Notes: a model not told the origin generated them from the letters alone. 64,000 nt of DNA from Minisyncoccota bacterium (GCA_018646985.1 JABGTR010000004.1:2946-66945); one strand, 5' to 3'; positions 29,653 through 40,255 are shown, numbered from the stretch's first letter. A program made the numbers and translations.

Positions 29653-31470
29653 TTACTTAAATTTGGCGTAAACTCGACGTACACCGGCACTACATGACTG
29701 TTCTTTAAAGAGCATAATCTGGCCAATTTCACCTATCTTACCAACATGAGGACCACCACAGAGCTCTTTAGAAATACCTTCAATTGTATAAACAGTCACC
29801 TCATCTGGGTATTTTTCAATAAAAAAAGCGACTGCTCCTTCATTAAGAGCTGCTTGTTTGCTCATGACTTGTTTTATGACCGGGAGATCACTCTTTATCC
29901 AGGTGTTAATTTGAGCTTCTATTTGATTAATTTCATCTTTAGTTAGAGCTTGAGGATGAGAAAAATCAAATCTTAAACGATCTCCATTGATATTGGAGCC
30001 TTTTTGTTCCACATGAGTGCCTAGAATCTTACGTAAAGCAGCATGAAGTAGATGAGTGGCAGTGTGATACTTAACCGTGGCCTCAGATTGATCACCCAAG
30101 CCACCTTTGAACTTATCAGTTGAAGCCTGACGGGACTTATCAGCGTGAGACTGCTTAAGTTGATTGAATTTAGTTTCAATATCATCTTCAATCTTCATAT
30201 CTCGACGTTGCGCTTCTTCTATAGACATCTCCAGAGGAAAACCATAACTCTCATAGAGGTTAAATGCAGTGGCGCTAGTCAAACTATCCAAGTCTTCTTT
30301 TTCAAAAACTCGCAAGCCTTTAGTTAAGGCTTTTTGAAATTTTTTCTCTTCTGTGGCGAAAATTTGTTGAATGTTTTTTACTTGATCAATAACTTTGGGG
30401 TAAGGAATTTGGTAGATAGCTGCTATGACGGGTACTAAACCAGAAACAAATTCATTCTCGATCCCAATCATCTGACCATAACGGATAGCTCTTCTAATTA
30501 AACGACGAGAAAAATACCCCTGCTCTTTATTGGACGGATAAACTCCGTCTGCAGCCAGCATAACTGCTGCCTTCATATGATCAGCGATAACTCTAAATGC
30601 TTGAGTGGTTTTTTCATCCTGATTATATTTTTTACCAGAAGTTTCTTCCAAATAACTAATTATGGGCATGAACAGTTCGGTTTTAAACACATCAGGATCG
30701 TTATTCATGGCTGCTAGAATACGCTCGAATCCACCGCCAAAGTCAATGTTTTTGTCTTCCAACTCCTTGAAGCCACTAGCTGTTTTGACATAAGTCATAA
30801 ACACATTATTGCCAATCTCTAGATAGCGACCGCAGTCACAATTGAGATGACATTCTTGATCAGAAAACTGCGAGTTTTCATGATCTTTGTAGTCTATTCC
30901 AAAATCATAGAAGATTTCACTGTCAGGACCACCTGGCTCTCCATTTGACATATTAGATGGCTCACCAACTCGAGACCACCAATTTTCATTTCCATAATAA
31001 TAAACTCGTTGATCAGTAATACTTTTTTTAGCAAATAAATCTTTCCAGATCTCAGCTGCTTCTTCATCGCGAGCAATACCTAACTCTTGATTTCCCTCAT
31101 AAGCTGTCACGAAGAGTCTCTCTGGATTTAGTCCACAGATATCTGTAAAAAACTCAAAAATCCATTCTAACTGCTCTTTTTTAAAATAATCTCCAAAAGA
31201 CCAATTGCCTAGCATCTCAAAAAAAGTAGTGTGACGATTGTCACCCACTTCTTCTATATCCTGAGATCTAAAGCATTTTTGTGAATTAACTACTCGTGTC
31301 CCTTTAGGATGAGGCTGACCTAAGAAATAAGGTAAAAGTGGCTGCATCCCTGAACCAGTAAAAAGGGTCGTTGGATCATTGTCTGGCACTAGAGAATCAG
31401 AGGGTAAAACGGCGTGTTTTTTTTGAACAAAAAAATCTAGATATGCTTGGCGAAGTTCGTCTGGAGTCAT
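29653..31470 (-). CDS. alaS: alanine--tRNA ligase, short form lacking the C-Ala domain
   Basis: DPTTLFTGSGMQP, HTTFFEMLGNWSFGDYFK, HTATHLLH, ELCGGPHV; ends just after GVRRV. Confidence 0.97.
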   Translation of the reverse strand: MTPDELRQAYLDFFVQKKHAVLPSDSLVPDNDPTTLFTGSGMQPLLPYFLGQPHPKGTRVVNSQKCFRSQDIEEVGDNRHTTFFEMLGNWSFGDYFKKEQLEWIFEFFTDICGLNPERLFVTAYEGNQELGIARDEEAAEIWKDLFAKKSITDQRVYYYGNENWWSRVGEPSNMSNGEPGGPDSEIFYDFGIDYKDHENSQFSDQECHLNCDCGRYLEIGNNVFMTYVKTASGFKELEDKNIDFGGGFERILAAMNNDPDVFKTELFMPIISYLEETSGKKYNQDEKTTQAFRVIADHMKAAVMLAADGVYPSNKEQGYFSRRLIRRAIRYGQMIGIENEFVSGLVPVIAAIYQIPYPKVIDQVKNIQQIFATEEKKFQKALTKGLRVFEKEDLDSLTSATAFNLYESYGFPLEMSIEEAQRRDMKIEDDIETKFNQLKQSHADKSRQASTDKFKGGLGDQSEATVKYHTATHLLHAALRKILGTHVEQKGSNINGDRLRFDFSHPQALTKDEINQIEAQINTWIKSDLPVIKQVMSKQAALNEGAVAFFIEKYPDEVTVYTIEGISKELCGGPHVGKIGEIGQIMLFKEQSCSAGVRRVYAKFK

Positions 31471-31479
31471 AGGCACAAA

Positions 31480-31815
31480 TTATACACCTTTGAAATGTTT
31501 TTGTTTTGCTTGTCGATTATAAATCCTCTTCTTGCGTGGCGCCTTTTCTTTTTTGATTTCAGCTGGTTCAACCTCTAACTTCTTTAGCAGCTCATCCTTG
31601 GCTAGCTGAATTAGATCACCTAAGTTATCAAATTTAATATCCTTACCCAAGACTCCTTTATCAGTTAAATGCTGCTGCGCACTTTCCCATTCGCTAACTA
31701 GTTTTTTTCTAGTTTTTTCACCCCGCTTGGTTCCAAATAGATAATAGCCAACCACACCAGAGAAAAGACCTAAAGAAAAACCGGGTACGAATGAACTATG
31801 GTTATTTTTTTCCAC
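31480..31815 (-). CDS. small membrane-anchored protein, YtxH-like
   Basis: FVPGFSLGLFSGVVGYYLFGTKRGEKTRKKL. Confidence 0.6.
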   Translation of the reverse strand: MEKNNHSSFVPGFSLGLFSGVVGYYLFGTKRGEKTRKKLVSEWESAQQHLTDKGVLGKDIKFDNLGDLIQLAKDELLKKLEVEPAEIKKEKAPRKKRIYNRQAKQKHFKGV

Positions 31816-32086
31816 TAGCTTTAGTTTCCTTATCTTTATTTAACCAGCCTACAAAAGCCTCAAAAACCTTCATCCCTGTTCCTAAGCCTGAAGCAAGACC
31901 AGAAATTTTCTGCAAAGGAGCTGCTATGGCCGCAATTTTGGCATCAGCAGTTTCTAGCGCATCATTAACCTTCTTGAGCGTCTTTTTTAATTCTAGTAAA
32001 ACTAATACCATCTGCACCCCAACCACACTTAAAACGATGGTTAAAGCTACTAAAGCAACGGCAAAAATTGTTGGAACTAAGTCCAT
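31802..32086 (-). CDS. small membrane protein, DUF948/YoxC-like
   Basis: N-terminal TM followed by ELKKTLKKVN coiled coil; paired with the YtxH-like gene. Confidence 0.55.
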   Translation of the reverse strand: MDLVPTIFAVALVALTIVLSVVGVQMVLVLLELKKTLKKVNDALETADAKIAAIAAPLQKISGLASGLGTGMKVFEAFVGWLNKDKETKASGKK

Positions 32087-32131
32087 AATAATCCTTTCAT
32101 AAATAGATAAGTCTAATATAGCAAATCTAGA

Positions 32132-32776
32132 TCAAAACTTCACCCGGACTGAGCGCTGAACCAAGATAGTCTTACCACGACGGTCCTGGGACTCTATCGA
32201 GATGGTATTTATTCCTTCACGAGGCAAATAAACTTCTGTCTCAAAAGAACCGTCTGTTTGCAAAGCCACTGGTTGAGAATTAACAGTTACAATCGCATCA
32301 ATGTCAGTCTGCCCACTCACACCAACTCTAGCAGCAACTAAAGAATCTTCTATTGGCAACATTATCTTCAGCTCTGGAGGCTGAGCTAACAGATACCATT
32401 GAAAACCAGCGTAGCTAATCAAGGTAATGAAAGTTAAAGCTAGTCCTAGAACTACAAAAGTAGCTGGACCCCAATTTTGACGCTTCTTCAGGATAGGTTT
32501 AATAAATTCACGAGGCACCAACCGTCCCTTAACACTTTCTTTAAAATCCCTCCTTAGAAGAGCTACTAAAGGCTGATGGTCAAAACCAAATAATTGAGAG
32601 TAAATTTTAATATAACCCCTCACAAAGGTAGCTGCTGGGAGTTGATCAAATTGGTTATCCTCTAAAGCTCGCAAATACTTCTCTTTAATCCGAGTTTTTT
32701 TAGCCAACTTCTCAATTGATAAGCGGTGTTTTTCCCGCTCATCTCTTAAAATTTCACCAATGGTTTTGGTTTTCAT
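32132..32776 (-). CDS. RodZ-like HTH membrane protein
   Basis: IGEILRDERE..TRIKEKYLRALE..LPAATFVRGYIKIY, then TM and Ig-like C-terminus. Confidence 0.85.
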   Translation of the reverse strand: MKTKTIGEILRDEREKHRLSIEKLAKKTRIKEKYLRALEDNQFDQLPAATFVRGYIKIYSQLFGFDHQPLVALLRRDFKESVKGRLVPREFIKPILKKRQNWGPATFVVLGLALTFITLISYAGFQWYLLAQPPELKIMLPIEDSLVAARVGVSGQTDIDAIVTVNSQPVALQTDGSFETEVYLPREGINTISIESQDRRGKTILVQRSVRVKF

Positions 32777-32780
32777 AAGT

Positions 32781-33215
32781 CTAGACTGCTAAAGCTTGAC
32801 GCACTAATGACGAAACTCGCCCGCCATCAGCTTTACCTTGCACTTTAGCCATTACCTGACCGATTGTGGGTCCCATTTCTGGATTTTCTAAACTGCTCAA
32901 AACTTCATCGACAATCTTTTGAAGATCTTCATCTGACATTTGTTCTGGCAAATAAGATTTAAGTATTTTCAACTTAGGCTCTTCTTCTGCCACCAAATCA
33001 TCTCTACCAGCTTTTTGGTACTCAGCAATAGATTCTTTAACTTGCTTGACTTGTTTGGCAATAATTTTTTCAATCCCAGCGTCATCCTGCTCACCGTTAT
33101 CTATTTCAAAATTTTTGATCTCTGATCTTAAAAAACGAACTACGCCCAGCTTAACCTTGTCACCAGCCTTCATGGCCTGCTTCATATCTTCTACTAATTG
33201 TTGACTAAAAGACAT
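32781..33215 (-). CDS. GatB/YqeY domain protein
   Basis: DMKQAMKAGDK, AGRDDL, YLPEQMS, GKADG; SD-led start at 33215. Confidence 0.93.
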   Translation of the reverse strand: MSFSQQLVEDMKQAMKAGDKVKLGVVRFLRSEIKNFEIDNGEQDDAGIEKIIAKQVKQVKESIAEYQKAGRDDLVAEEEPKLKILKSYLPEQMSDEDLQKIVDEVLSSLENPEMGPTIGQVMAKVQGKADGGRVSSLVRQALAV

Positions 33216-33251
33216 ATTTCCTTTCATCTAAATATTGAGTAAGTAGTCTCG

Positions 33252-33276
33252 ATTGTAGCATGGGTAATGCTATACT
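33252..33276. promoter_or_regulatory. back-to-back divergent extended -10 promoters (yqeY and lemA)
   Basis: TGCTACAAT (minus, 33260-33252) and TGCTATACT (plus, 33268-33276), 7 nt apart. Confidence 0.7.
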
Positions 33277-33311
33277 TAAGTTTGAGTAAAAAATATTACT
33301 GAGGGAAAATT

Positions 33312-33878
33312 ATGAAGAAACCTTTTTTAACACTTGGCGCAGTAGCAGTAGTTTTGGGAATGTGGCTCATGGGAACCTACAATGGCTTAGTCGGACTAGG
33401 GCAACAAGTTGATGGTCAATGGGCTCAGGTAGAAACTCAATATCAACGTCGCTTTGACTTAGTCCCTAACTTAGTTGAGTCAACAAAAGGGTTTTTAACC
33501 CAAGAAAAGGAAGTTTTTTCCAATATTGCAGAAGCTAGGCAAGGCTATGCCGGAGCCGGCACTGCTAATGAAAAAGTAGCTGCTACTAATGAGATGGAGT
33601 CAGCTCTTAGTAGATTGTTAGTTATTGTGGAAAACTACCCTGAGCTTAAATCTAACCAAACGGTTCAAGACTTAATGGTTGAACTGGCCGGGACTGAAAA
33701 TAGAATTAGTGTCGAACGAAAACGCTATAACGACACTGTTAAAGGCTACAATATTAAAGTCAAAACATTCCCTACCATGATGGTAGCCAATATGTTTGGT
33801 TATGCTGAAAAACCTTACTTCGAGTCTATAGAGGCAGCTGAAACTGCCCCAGCAGTTAATCTAAATTTAAATGATTAA
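33312..33878 (+). CDS. lemA: LemA family protein
   Basis: WAQVETQYQRRFDLVPNLV, ENYPELKSN, GTENRISVERKRYN. Confidence 0.96.
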   Translation: MKKPFLTLGAVAVVLGMWLMGTYNGLVGLGQQVDGQWAQVETQYQRRFDLVPNLVESTKGFLTQEKEVFSNIAEARQGYAGAGTANEKVAATNEMESALSRLLVIVENYPELKSNQTVQDLMVELAGTENRISVERKRYNDTVKGYNIKVKTFPTMMVANMFGYAEKPYFESIEAAETAPAVNLNLND

Positions 33879-34770
33879 AAAACTAGCTTTGGGATTTCTC
33901 TTACTTTTAGTTGGAAGTCTGATTTTAGTATCTCCAGTAAAAGCATTTTCCATACCTAACTATGAAGGCTTTGTGAATGATTATGCCGATGTTCTATCTG
34001 TGGAATTGGAAGAGCAGCTAGAAACTGAGCTCCAAACTACAGCTGAAGCCTCTGATGGAGCAGAAATTGCGGTGGTGACTATTAATAGTCTAGATGGCGA
34101 TACAGTGGAAAATGTGGCTCAAGAGTTTTTTGATACTTGGAAAATTGGTAAAAAACATCTTGATAATGGGGTGTTGTTACTGGTCTCTGTTGAAGATAGA
34201 AAGCTGAGAATTCACGCTGGCTATGGAGCTGAGTCGGTGATCACTGATGCTGAGGCAGGCCGAATTATTAGAAATGTAATTACTCCAGAATTTAAGAAAA
34301 ATGACTATGAGTCTGGAATCAGACAAGGAGTAGCTGCAATTGAGCAACAGTTTATCGATAGCCCTGGTTTTGCTCCTGGTATAAACCCGATTAATAAAGA
34401 CTCTAGCCTACTTGATTCTTTCACTGAAGCTCTCAGTGGTGTTATTGCAGCAGTGATGGGAATGTCTGTAATCACCTACATAGGAGCTTGGTTGGGCAGA
34501 AGCAAAGCCTGGTGGCCCGGTGGCCTCTTAGGAGTAGGACTAGGAATACTAATCGGCAACGTGCCTGCTGGAGTTTTCTTTGGTATCTTTGGCTTAATCT
34601 TAGATTTCATCTTATCTGCAAATTATAAATCTCTAAAGAAAGCTAAAAAATCGACAGGTTGGAAAAATACTTGGGGAGGATTTAGCACTGGTTCTTCTTC
34701 CAGGTCTTCTGGAGGCTCTAGTTTTGGTGGCGGCTCTAGCGGTGGCGGTGGTTCCAGTGGGAGCTGGTAA
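33871..34770 (+). CDS. TPM domain protein (YgcG-like)
   Basis: VNDYADVL, WKIGKKHLDNGVLLLV, Gly/Ser tail FGGGSSGGGGSSGSW; beside lemA. Confidence 0.92.
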   Translation: MIKKLALGFLLLLVGSLILVSPVKAFSIPNYEGFVNDYADVLSVELEEQLETELQTTAEASDGAEIAVVTINSLDGDTVENVAQEFFDTWKIGKKHLDNGVLLLVSVEDRKLRIHAGYGAESVITDAEAGRIIRNVITPEFKKNDYESGIRQGVAAIEQQFIDSPGFAPGINPINKDSSLLDSFTEALSGVIAAVMGMSVITYIGAWLGRSKAWWPGGLLGVGLGILIGNVPAGVFFGIFGLILDFILSANYKSLKKAKKSTGWKNTWGGFSTGSSSRSSGGSSFGGGSSGGGGSSGSW

Positions 34771-34773
34771 CCC

Positions 34774-35514
34774 ATGACAAGAAAACTTTCTCCATACGAA
34801 AAAACTCATCTTCAAAGATTTGGTAAAGGTGACATAGATATTGCTGATTATGGTGAGATGCCAGTAGAGTACATCACTGGTAAAGTAGAATTTGGAGAGC
34901 AAGTTTTTGAAGTTAATAAAAATGTATTAATTCCCAGAGTAGAGACTGAAGAGTTTGTTAATTTGGCTTTAGAAAAAATTGAGAAAGAAGAAGTGACTAT
35001 TGCGGATGTAGGTTGTGGGAGTGGTGCAATTGGGATTAGCGTCTGGCTAGAACTACAAAAAAAAACTGTGGCTACCCAAATGTATTTAAGTGATATTTCA
35101 GCCGAAGCCATCAAAGTAACTAAGAGGAATGTTAGTAATCTAATTGAAGAGGATGAAAATATTAAAATATTTAAATCTGATTTACTAGAAAGCTATCCCA
35201 AAGATGTTAAGTTTGATTTAATCATGGCTAATCTACCTTATATTCCATCTGGGAGAGTAGCGATTCTGGATGAATCTGTCAGAAAATATGAGCCACACTT
35301 AGCTCTCGATGGTGGTGAAGACGGATTAAAACACATTGAGAGATTGATCAAGCAAGCTAAGGATAGACTAAACCCTGGTGGAGTAATTTTACTTGAGGTA
35401 GATTACACCCACGATGATGAATACCTAAGGAGAAAACTAGCACTAGATGATATGCAGCTAGAAACTAAACAAGATCAGTTTCAACGAATGCGGTTTGCGA
35501 TAATAATCAACTAA
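34774..35514 (+). CDS. prmC: release factor glutamine methyltransferase, short N-terminal domain
   Basis: PVEYITG, LIPRVETE, DVGCGSGAI, NLPY, EPHLALDGGEDGL. Confidence 0.92.
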   Translation: MTRKLSPYEKTHLQRFGKGDIDIADYGEMPVEYITGKVEFGEQVFEVNKNVLIPRVETEEFVNLALEKIEKEEVTIADVGCGSGAIGISVWLELQKKTVATQMYLSDISAEAIKVTKRNVSNLIEEDENIKIFKSDLLESYPKDVKFDLIMANLPYIPSGRVAILDESVRKYEPHLALDGGEDGLKHIERLIKQAKDRLNPGGVILLEVDYTHDDEYLRRKLALDDMQLETKQDQFQRMRFAIIIN

Positions 35515-36504
35515 CTATTTTTCCCGCCTCAGATTTACTTCTGAAAATTCTTTTAACATCTTCCTGAACTCAACTACCCTTAACTCTTTAATTTGCTGCT
35601 GAGAATTTACTTCTAATTTTTCTAAGTCATTATTTACCAATTCAACAATTTGATGCTTTTCCATCAAACTCAATATCTCTTCCACTCCGTTTTCTGCAAA
35701 AGTCCCTGGCGCCTTTTTCTCTAAGTAATAATAGTAGAGGGTTTTTTTTCCTTCACGGATATCTGCTCCAACTGGCTTACCAGTTTTTTGTTTATCTCCA
35801 AACAATCCTAGCTCATCATCCTTAATCTGAAAAATTAAACCTAAAGTTTTTCCTAATTCATTTAATTGAATCACAAACTCTTCACCTTGCTCTGCTAAAA
35901 CTGCTCCCGCCATCAAAGGCAGACTAATTGTATAGCTAGCTGTTTTATCCAAATACATCTGAAAAATGCTCTCTTTGGTAATAACCTCACCATTCATTAA
36001 TGCCAACTCCACATCATGCATCTCACCTAAAGCAACTAGGCCAAAATGTTGAGAAAATAACTTTATCAAGCCACCGCTCAATAACTCGTAAGCTAGAAAG
36101 AAAACTAAATCCCCAGCACAGGTCGCCAAGCTAGCTCCCGTATGAGCTGGCTGCTGATATTTTTTCTGTTCGGATCGCTGAGTATATTGATGATGAAGGG
36201 TGGGCTGACCACGACGCAGTTCATCCTGATCAATAATGTCATCGTGAATTAAAAAACCAGTTTGAGCTAACTCTAAAGCTGTTGCTGCTTGCAAAGCTTC
36301 CTGACTATATTTTTTACCAGTTAACTTCTCGTAGGCATTCATCAACAAACTCCCGCGCAACATTTTGCCACTGGTGGCTAAGGGTATTAATCGCTCAAAA
36401 ACATCCTCTGAAAAATGTGAATCTTTTAGTTCCAACTTCTGATGTGTTAAAAAACTAATTAAAAAATCTGAGATCTCTTTTTTATATGAGATAAAATGCT
36501 GCAT
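35515..36504 (-). CDS. polyprenyl diphosphate synthase
   Basis: GKMLRG, LIHDDIIDQDELRRG, DKTASY, FQIKDD, GADIREGKKT. Confidence 0.93.
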   Translation of the reverse strand: MQHFISYKKEISDFLISFLTHQKLELKDSHFSEDVFERLIPLATSGKMLRGSLLMNAYEKLTGKKYSQEALQAATALELAQTGFLIHDDIIDQDELRRGQPTLHHQYTQRSEQKKYQQPAHTGASLATCAGDLVFFLAYELLSGGLIKLFSQHFGLVALGEMHDVELALMNGEVITKESIFQMYLDKTASYTISLPLMAGAVLAEQGEEFVIQLNELGKTLGLIFQIKDDELGLFGDKQKTGKPVGADIREGKKTLYYYYLEKKAPGTFAENGVEEILSLMEKHQIVELVNNDLEKLEVNSQQQIKELRVVEFRKMLKEFSEVNLRREK

Positions 36505-36563
36505 AAGCTATATCTTATCACCCTCATGACTTATTGGGACAAAGTGGTTATAATACAACCCAT

Positions 36564-37778
36564 ATGACAGACTACCAACCATCACAAAAAATCTTAAACA
36601 AATATGCTCAAGTACTCATTAACTGCGCTCTTAATTCTGGTGAAGGAATTAAAAAAGGTGAAGTAGTTAAAATAGTTGTTCCAGACATTGCTAAACCTCT
36701 GGCCCTAGAACTCCAAAACGTAACTCTGAAAGCTGGTGGTCACCCCATGCTCCAGCTTATCCCAACTGAATTTAGTAAAGATTACTACTCGTTAGCAAAT
36801 GATAAACAACTGACTTTTTTTCCCAAGAAATATCTTCAAGAACGAGCTAAATTAATCGATCACCAAGTCATCATCATTGCTGATCCCGATCCTTTTGAGC
36901 TAAAAAATATTGAACCAAAAAAAATCATCAAGGCTCGTGATGCTAAAAAAGAATATCGTGAGTGGCTAGATGATAAAGAAAGTAAAAACAAATTTACCTG
37001 GACCATCGGTCTGTGGGGTGTACCTGCTAAAGCCGAAATTGTCGGATTATCTCTCAAGGAATATTGGAATCAAATCATCAAGGCTTGTTTCTTAGACAAA
37101 AAAGACCCAATTACAGAGTGGAAACATATTTTTAAAATGCAGCACTCAATTAAAAAAACACTCAACGAAATGAGCATCGAGTGGTTAGAAGTCAAAGGAC
37201 CTGATGTAGATCTGAGGATTAAGTTGGGTGCTGATCGAATTTGGAATGGTGGTAGTGGACGAAATATTCCTAGTTTTGAGTTCTTTACCTCTCCAGATTG
37301 GCGTGGCGTAGATGGTTGGATTCAGTTTAATCAGCCTCTCTACCGCTATGGCAATGTGATCGAAAATGTTTATTTAAAATTAGAAAAAGGCTTAGTTGTC
37401 GAAGCTAAAGCCAAAACTGGCAATAAAATTTTACAAGAAATGCTCAAGAGTCCTAATGCTAATAAGATCGGTGAGTATTCACTGACTGATAAGCGAATGT
37501 CACGCATTACTCATCCTATGGCAGAAACCTTATTTGATGAGAATGTCGGTGGCCCATTTGGTAATACCCATCTGGCAGTCGGAAAAGCATATAAAGATTG
37601 TTATCGTGGTGATCCTAGCACTATTAGTAAAAAACAGTGGGAGAAGATGGGTTTCAATGACTCTGCAGAACATACTGATATCGTCTCTACCACCGATCGT
37701 ACCGTAACTGCTCACTTAACTGATGGCAGCCAAAAAATAATCTATGAAAAAGGGATGTTTACTTTTTATAAGGAATAA
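36564..37778 (+). CDS. aminopeptidase, M29 (AmpS/AmpT) family
   Basis: NIPSFEFFTSP, IGEYSL, LFDENVGG, HLAVGKAY, NDSAEHTD. Confidence 0.92.
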   Translation: MTDYQPSQKILNKYAQVLINCALNSGEGIKKGEVVKIVVPDIAKPLALELQNVTLKAGGHPMLQLIPTEFSKDYYSLANDKQLTFFPKKYLQERAKLIDHQVIIIADPDPFELKNIEPKKIIKARDAKKEYREWLDDKESKNKFTWTIGLWGVPAKAEIVGLSLKEYWNQIIKACFLDKKDPITEWKHIFKMQHSIKKTLNEMSIEWLEVKGPDVDLRIKLGADRIWNGGSGRNIPSFEFFTSPDWRGVDGWIQFNQPLYRYGNVIENVYLKLEKGLVVEAKAKTGNKILQEMLKSPNANKIGEYSLTDKRMSRITHPMAETLFDENVGGPFGNTHLAVGKAYKDCYRGDPSTISKKQWEKMGFNDSAEHTDIVSTTDRTVTAHLTDGSQKIIYEKGMFTFYKE

Positions 37779-38555
37779 ATGATTATTAAATCTCAAACAG
37801 AACTAGCTACTTATAAAAAAGCCACTCAACTTTCTAAAGAAATTTTGTCTCAGCTACGAGAAGCTATTAAACCTGGGGTTTACCCGATTGAACTAGATAT
37901 CTTAGCTGGTGAGCTATGCAAAAAGAATGGGGTGAGATCGTCTTTTAAAGGTGTGGTAAGCGGTCATCTAACCTATGGTTTTAACAGCTGCATCTCTGTT
38001 AATGATGAAATTTTACATGGAATCCCCAGCGATAAAAGAAAAATTCAAGCAGGTGATTTAGTCAAAATCGATTTTGGAATTATTTATCAAGGTTTTTATA
38101 CAGATCATTGTTTTACCGTGGGAGTAGGCAGCATTTCAGCTGAAGATCAAAAACTGTTAGAAATTGGTCGTGAAGCAGTTTTGAATGCAGTCAAACTAGC
38201 TAAGCCAGGAAATACAGCTGGAGACCTAGGATTTGCCATGCACAACACTTCTTATAAAGCTGGTTTTGATACTCTCAAACAATACGTGGGCCACGGTATT
38301 GGAAAAAGTCTTCATGAAAATCCTGAAATCCCAGCTTTTGGTAAACCTGGGGCAGGGGCAAAGCTTGAAAAAAACATGATTATCTGTGTTGAGTGTCAGG
38401 TTGTAACTGGTGATGATCGAGTCTATATCGAAAATAATGGTTGGACAGTTAAAACTAAAGACAGCGGCAAAGGAGTCATGTTTGAGTACATGGTCAGAGT
38501 TGACAAAAAACCAGAGATCTTAACCCCAACGCAAGACTGGCCACTAACAGTTTAA
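37779..38555 (+). CDS. map: methionine aminopeptidase type I
   Basis: CISVNDEILHGIP, KIDFG, FYTD, GHGIGKSLHE. Confidence 0.94.
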   Translation: MIIKSQTELATYKKATQLSKEILSQLREAIKPGVYPIELDILAGELCKKNGVRSSFKGVVSGHLTYGFNSCISVNDEILHGIPSDKRKIQAGDLVKIDFGIIYQGFYTDHCFTVGVGSISAEDQKLLEIGREAVLNAVKLAKPGNTAGDLGFAMHNTSYKAGFDTLKQYVGHGIGKSLHENPEIPAFGKPGAGAKLEKNMIICVECQVVTGDDRVYIENNGWTVKTKDSGKGVMFEYMVRVDKKPEILTPTQDWPLTV

Positions 38556-38560
38556 AAAAG

Positions 38561-40255
38561 ATGAAAGCAAAACTTACCCAACTAGTATTTCCTCTACTAC
38601 TAGTTATTTTCTCTTTAGTGATCCTCAGACCTTTGTTCTCCGAACAACTGCTCTATACTGACGATGCTGAACTCCATGCTGCTCGAGTTGCCAACTATTA
38701 CTTGGCTGTTAAACAAGGCCAAATACCGCCTCGATTAGCACCAAATCTTGATAGCGGCTACGGATCATCAGTTTTAAACTTCACCTATCCCTTGCCCTAC
38801 AGTATCAGCACCCTGATTTATATGGCGCTACCAGTGACAATTGTGCTGGCTTTAAACTTAACTATCATCATCCTTGTACTTTCTGGCGTTTTAGGTGTTT
38901 ACTATTTAGCCCAAAAATTTTCTTTAAAACCACGGCACTCAGCACTTGCCTCTTTGATCTACTTAACTGCGCCCTATACCTTAATTAATATCTACTCACG
39001 CACTGCCCTAGGTGAAATAGCATTTTTTGCCGTACTTCCATGGGTAATGTGGAATATAGAACATTTCATGGGAGGTAAAAAAGTAAAACCAATAGTCTCT
39101 TTGGCTCTAGTAGGAAGCCTAGCTCTACTTTTACTAAGTCATCAAACATCCCTGATTATTTCAGCCCCAGTTTTAATTACCTACTACCTACTGCGCGCAA
39201 AAAATAAAAAGCAGGTCATCACTTTAATTAAACGAATCATCCCACTAGCAGCTATTTCTCTACTAATTACAGCTTGGTACTGGCTACCTGCTTTAATAGA
39301 AAAAAAGTTTGTAATTCTTGATAGAGCAGACACAGTCACTCACTACCTGGATCAGTTTCCCAATCAATGGTCATTCTTTTTCCACAAAATAAAGAACTTA
39401 GAAAGACTAGATGTTCTTAAAATTGTTTCCATTGGTTATAGCAACTTGCTCATCATCCTGATTAGCCTGTGGCAAATCATAAAAAACAAAAGTAAAAGTA
39501 GAAAAGAAGTTAAATATTTATCAATCATCTTTTTTTCAACTATCATTCTGATAATGCCTTTTACTAGACCTCTCTGGTTAGTTTCAGGATTGGGTCAGTA
39601 CATTCAATATCCATGGAGGTTGCTCTCTCTGGTGACCTTAAGTTCTACCTTACTCTTCATTCATCTCACTAAAAATAAATTGATTAACAACTTTTTTATC
39701 GGAGTAATATTAGCAACTAGTTTGCTTTCAGCAGTTGTCTATGCTCAGCCCCGTGGATTTCAAAGCTGGAGTGACTACGAGCTCTTTGAGTATTTTAAAA
39801 CCACGACTACTTTTAATGAGTTCCAGCCGATTTGGGCAGCCGAATATACGAGACATTTCCCACAAGAAAAAATTTCTCTCAGAGTTCCTGAGAAGAGCTT
39901 GTATAACGATGATGTCTTGCAAACAGCTGAATATGCACAACTAAAAATTCAAAAATGGAATGGCTCAGCAATGAGCTATGTCATTGACACCGAAAAGCCA
40001 GTAGAAGCAATTCAAAAAACTTACTATTTTCCAGGATGGGAGTTGGTGGTCGATGGACAAAAACGAGTAATTCAATATCAGGACGAAGAGTTTCCTGGGC
40101 ATATTACTTATTCATTAGACCCAGGAAAGCATCAAATAGAACTTAAATTTACAAACAATACTCCTCCTAGAAAAATAGGCTTTGCCTTAACTTTAATAGG
40201 AGCACTTAGCCTTTCAGGCTATTTATTTTGGCATAAAAAAAATGAGTCACTTTAA
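38561..40255 (+). CDS. multi-pass GT-C-like membrane protein (PTPS-related/YfhO-like)
   Basis: Many TMs, TDDAELHAAR, IQYPWRLL, YYFPGW. Confidence 0.7.
   Translation: MKAKLTQLVFPLLLVIFSLVILRPLFSEQLLYTDDAELHAARVANYYLAVKQGQIPPRLAPNLDSGYGSSVLNFTYPLPYSISTLIYMALPVTIVLALNLTIIILVLSGVLGVYYLAQKFSLKPRHSALASLIYLTAPYTLINIYSRTALGEIAFFAVLPWVMWNIEHFMGGKKVKPIVSLALVGSLALLLLSHQTSLIISAPVLITYYLLRAKNKKQVITLIKRIIPLAAISLLITAWYWLPALIEKKFVILDRADTVTHYLDQFPNQWSFFFHKIKNLERLDVLKIVSIGYSNLLIILISLWQIIKNKSKSRKEVKYLSIIFFSTIILIMPFTRPLWLVSGLGQYIQYPWRLLSLVTLSSTLLFIHLTKNKLINNFFIGVILATSLLSAVVYAQPRGFQSWSDYELFEYFKTTTTFNEFQPIWAAEYTRHFPQEKISLRVPEKSLYNDDVLQTAEYAQLKIQKWNGSAMSYVIDTEKPVEAIQKTYYFPGWELVVDGQKRVIQYQDEEFPGHITYSLDPGKHQIELKFTNNTPPRKIGFALTLIGALSLSGYLFWHKKNESL

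Noticed and set aside
29604-29732. ORF-track N-terminal extension of the 760-aa protein overlapping alaS
   Set aside because: The ATG at 29603 has its own -10 box and removes the overlap.
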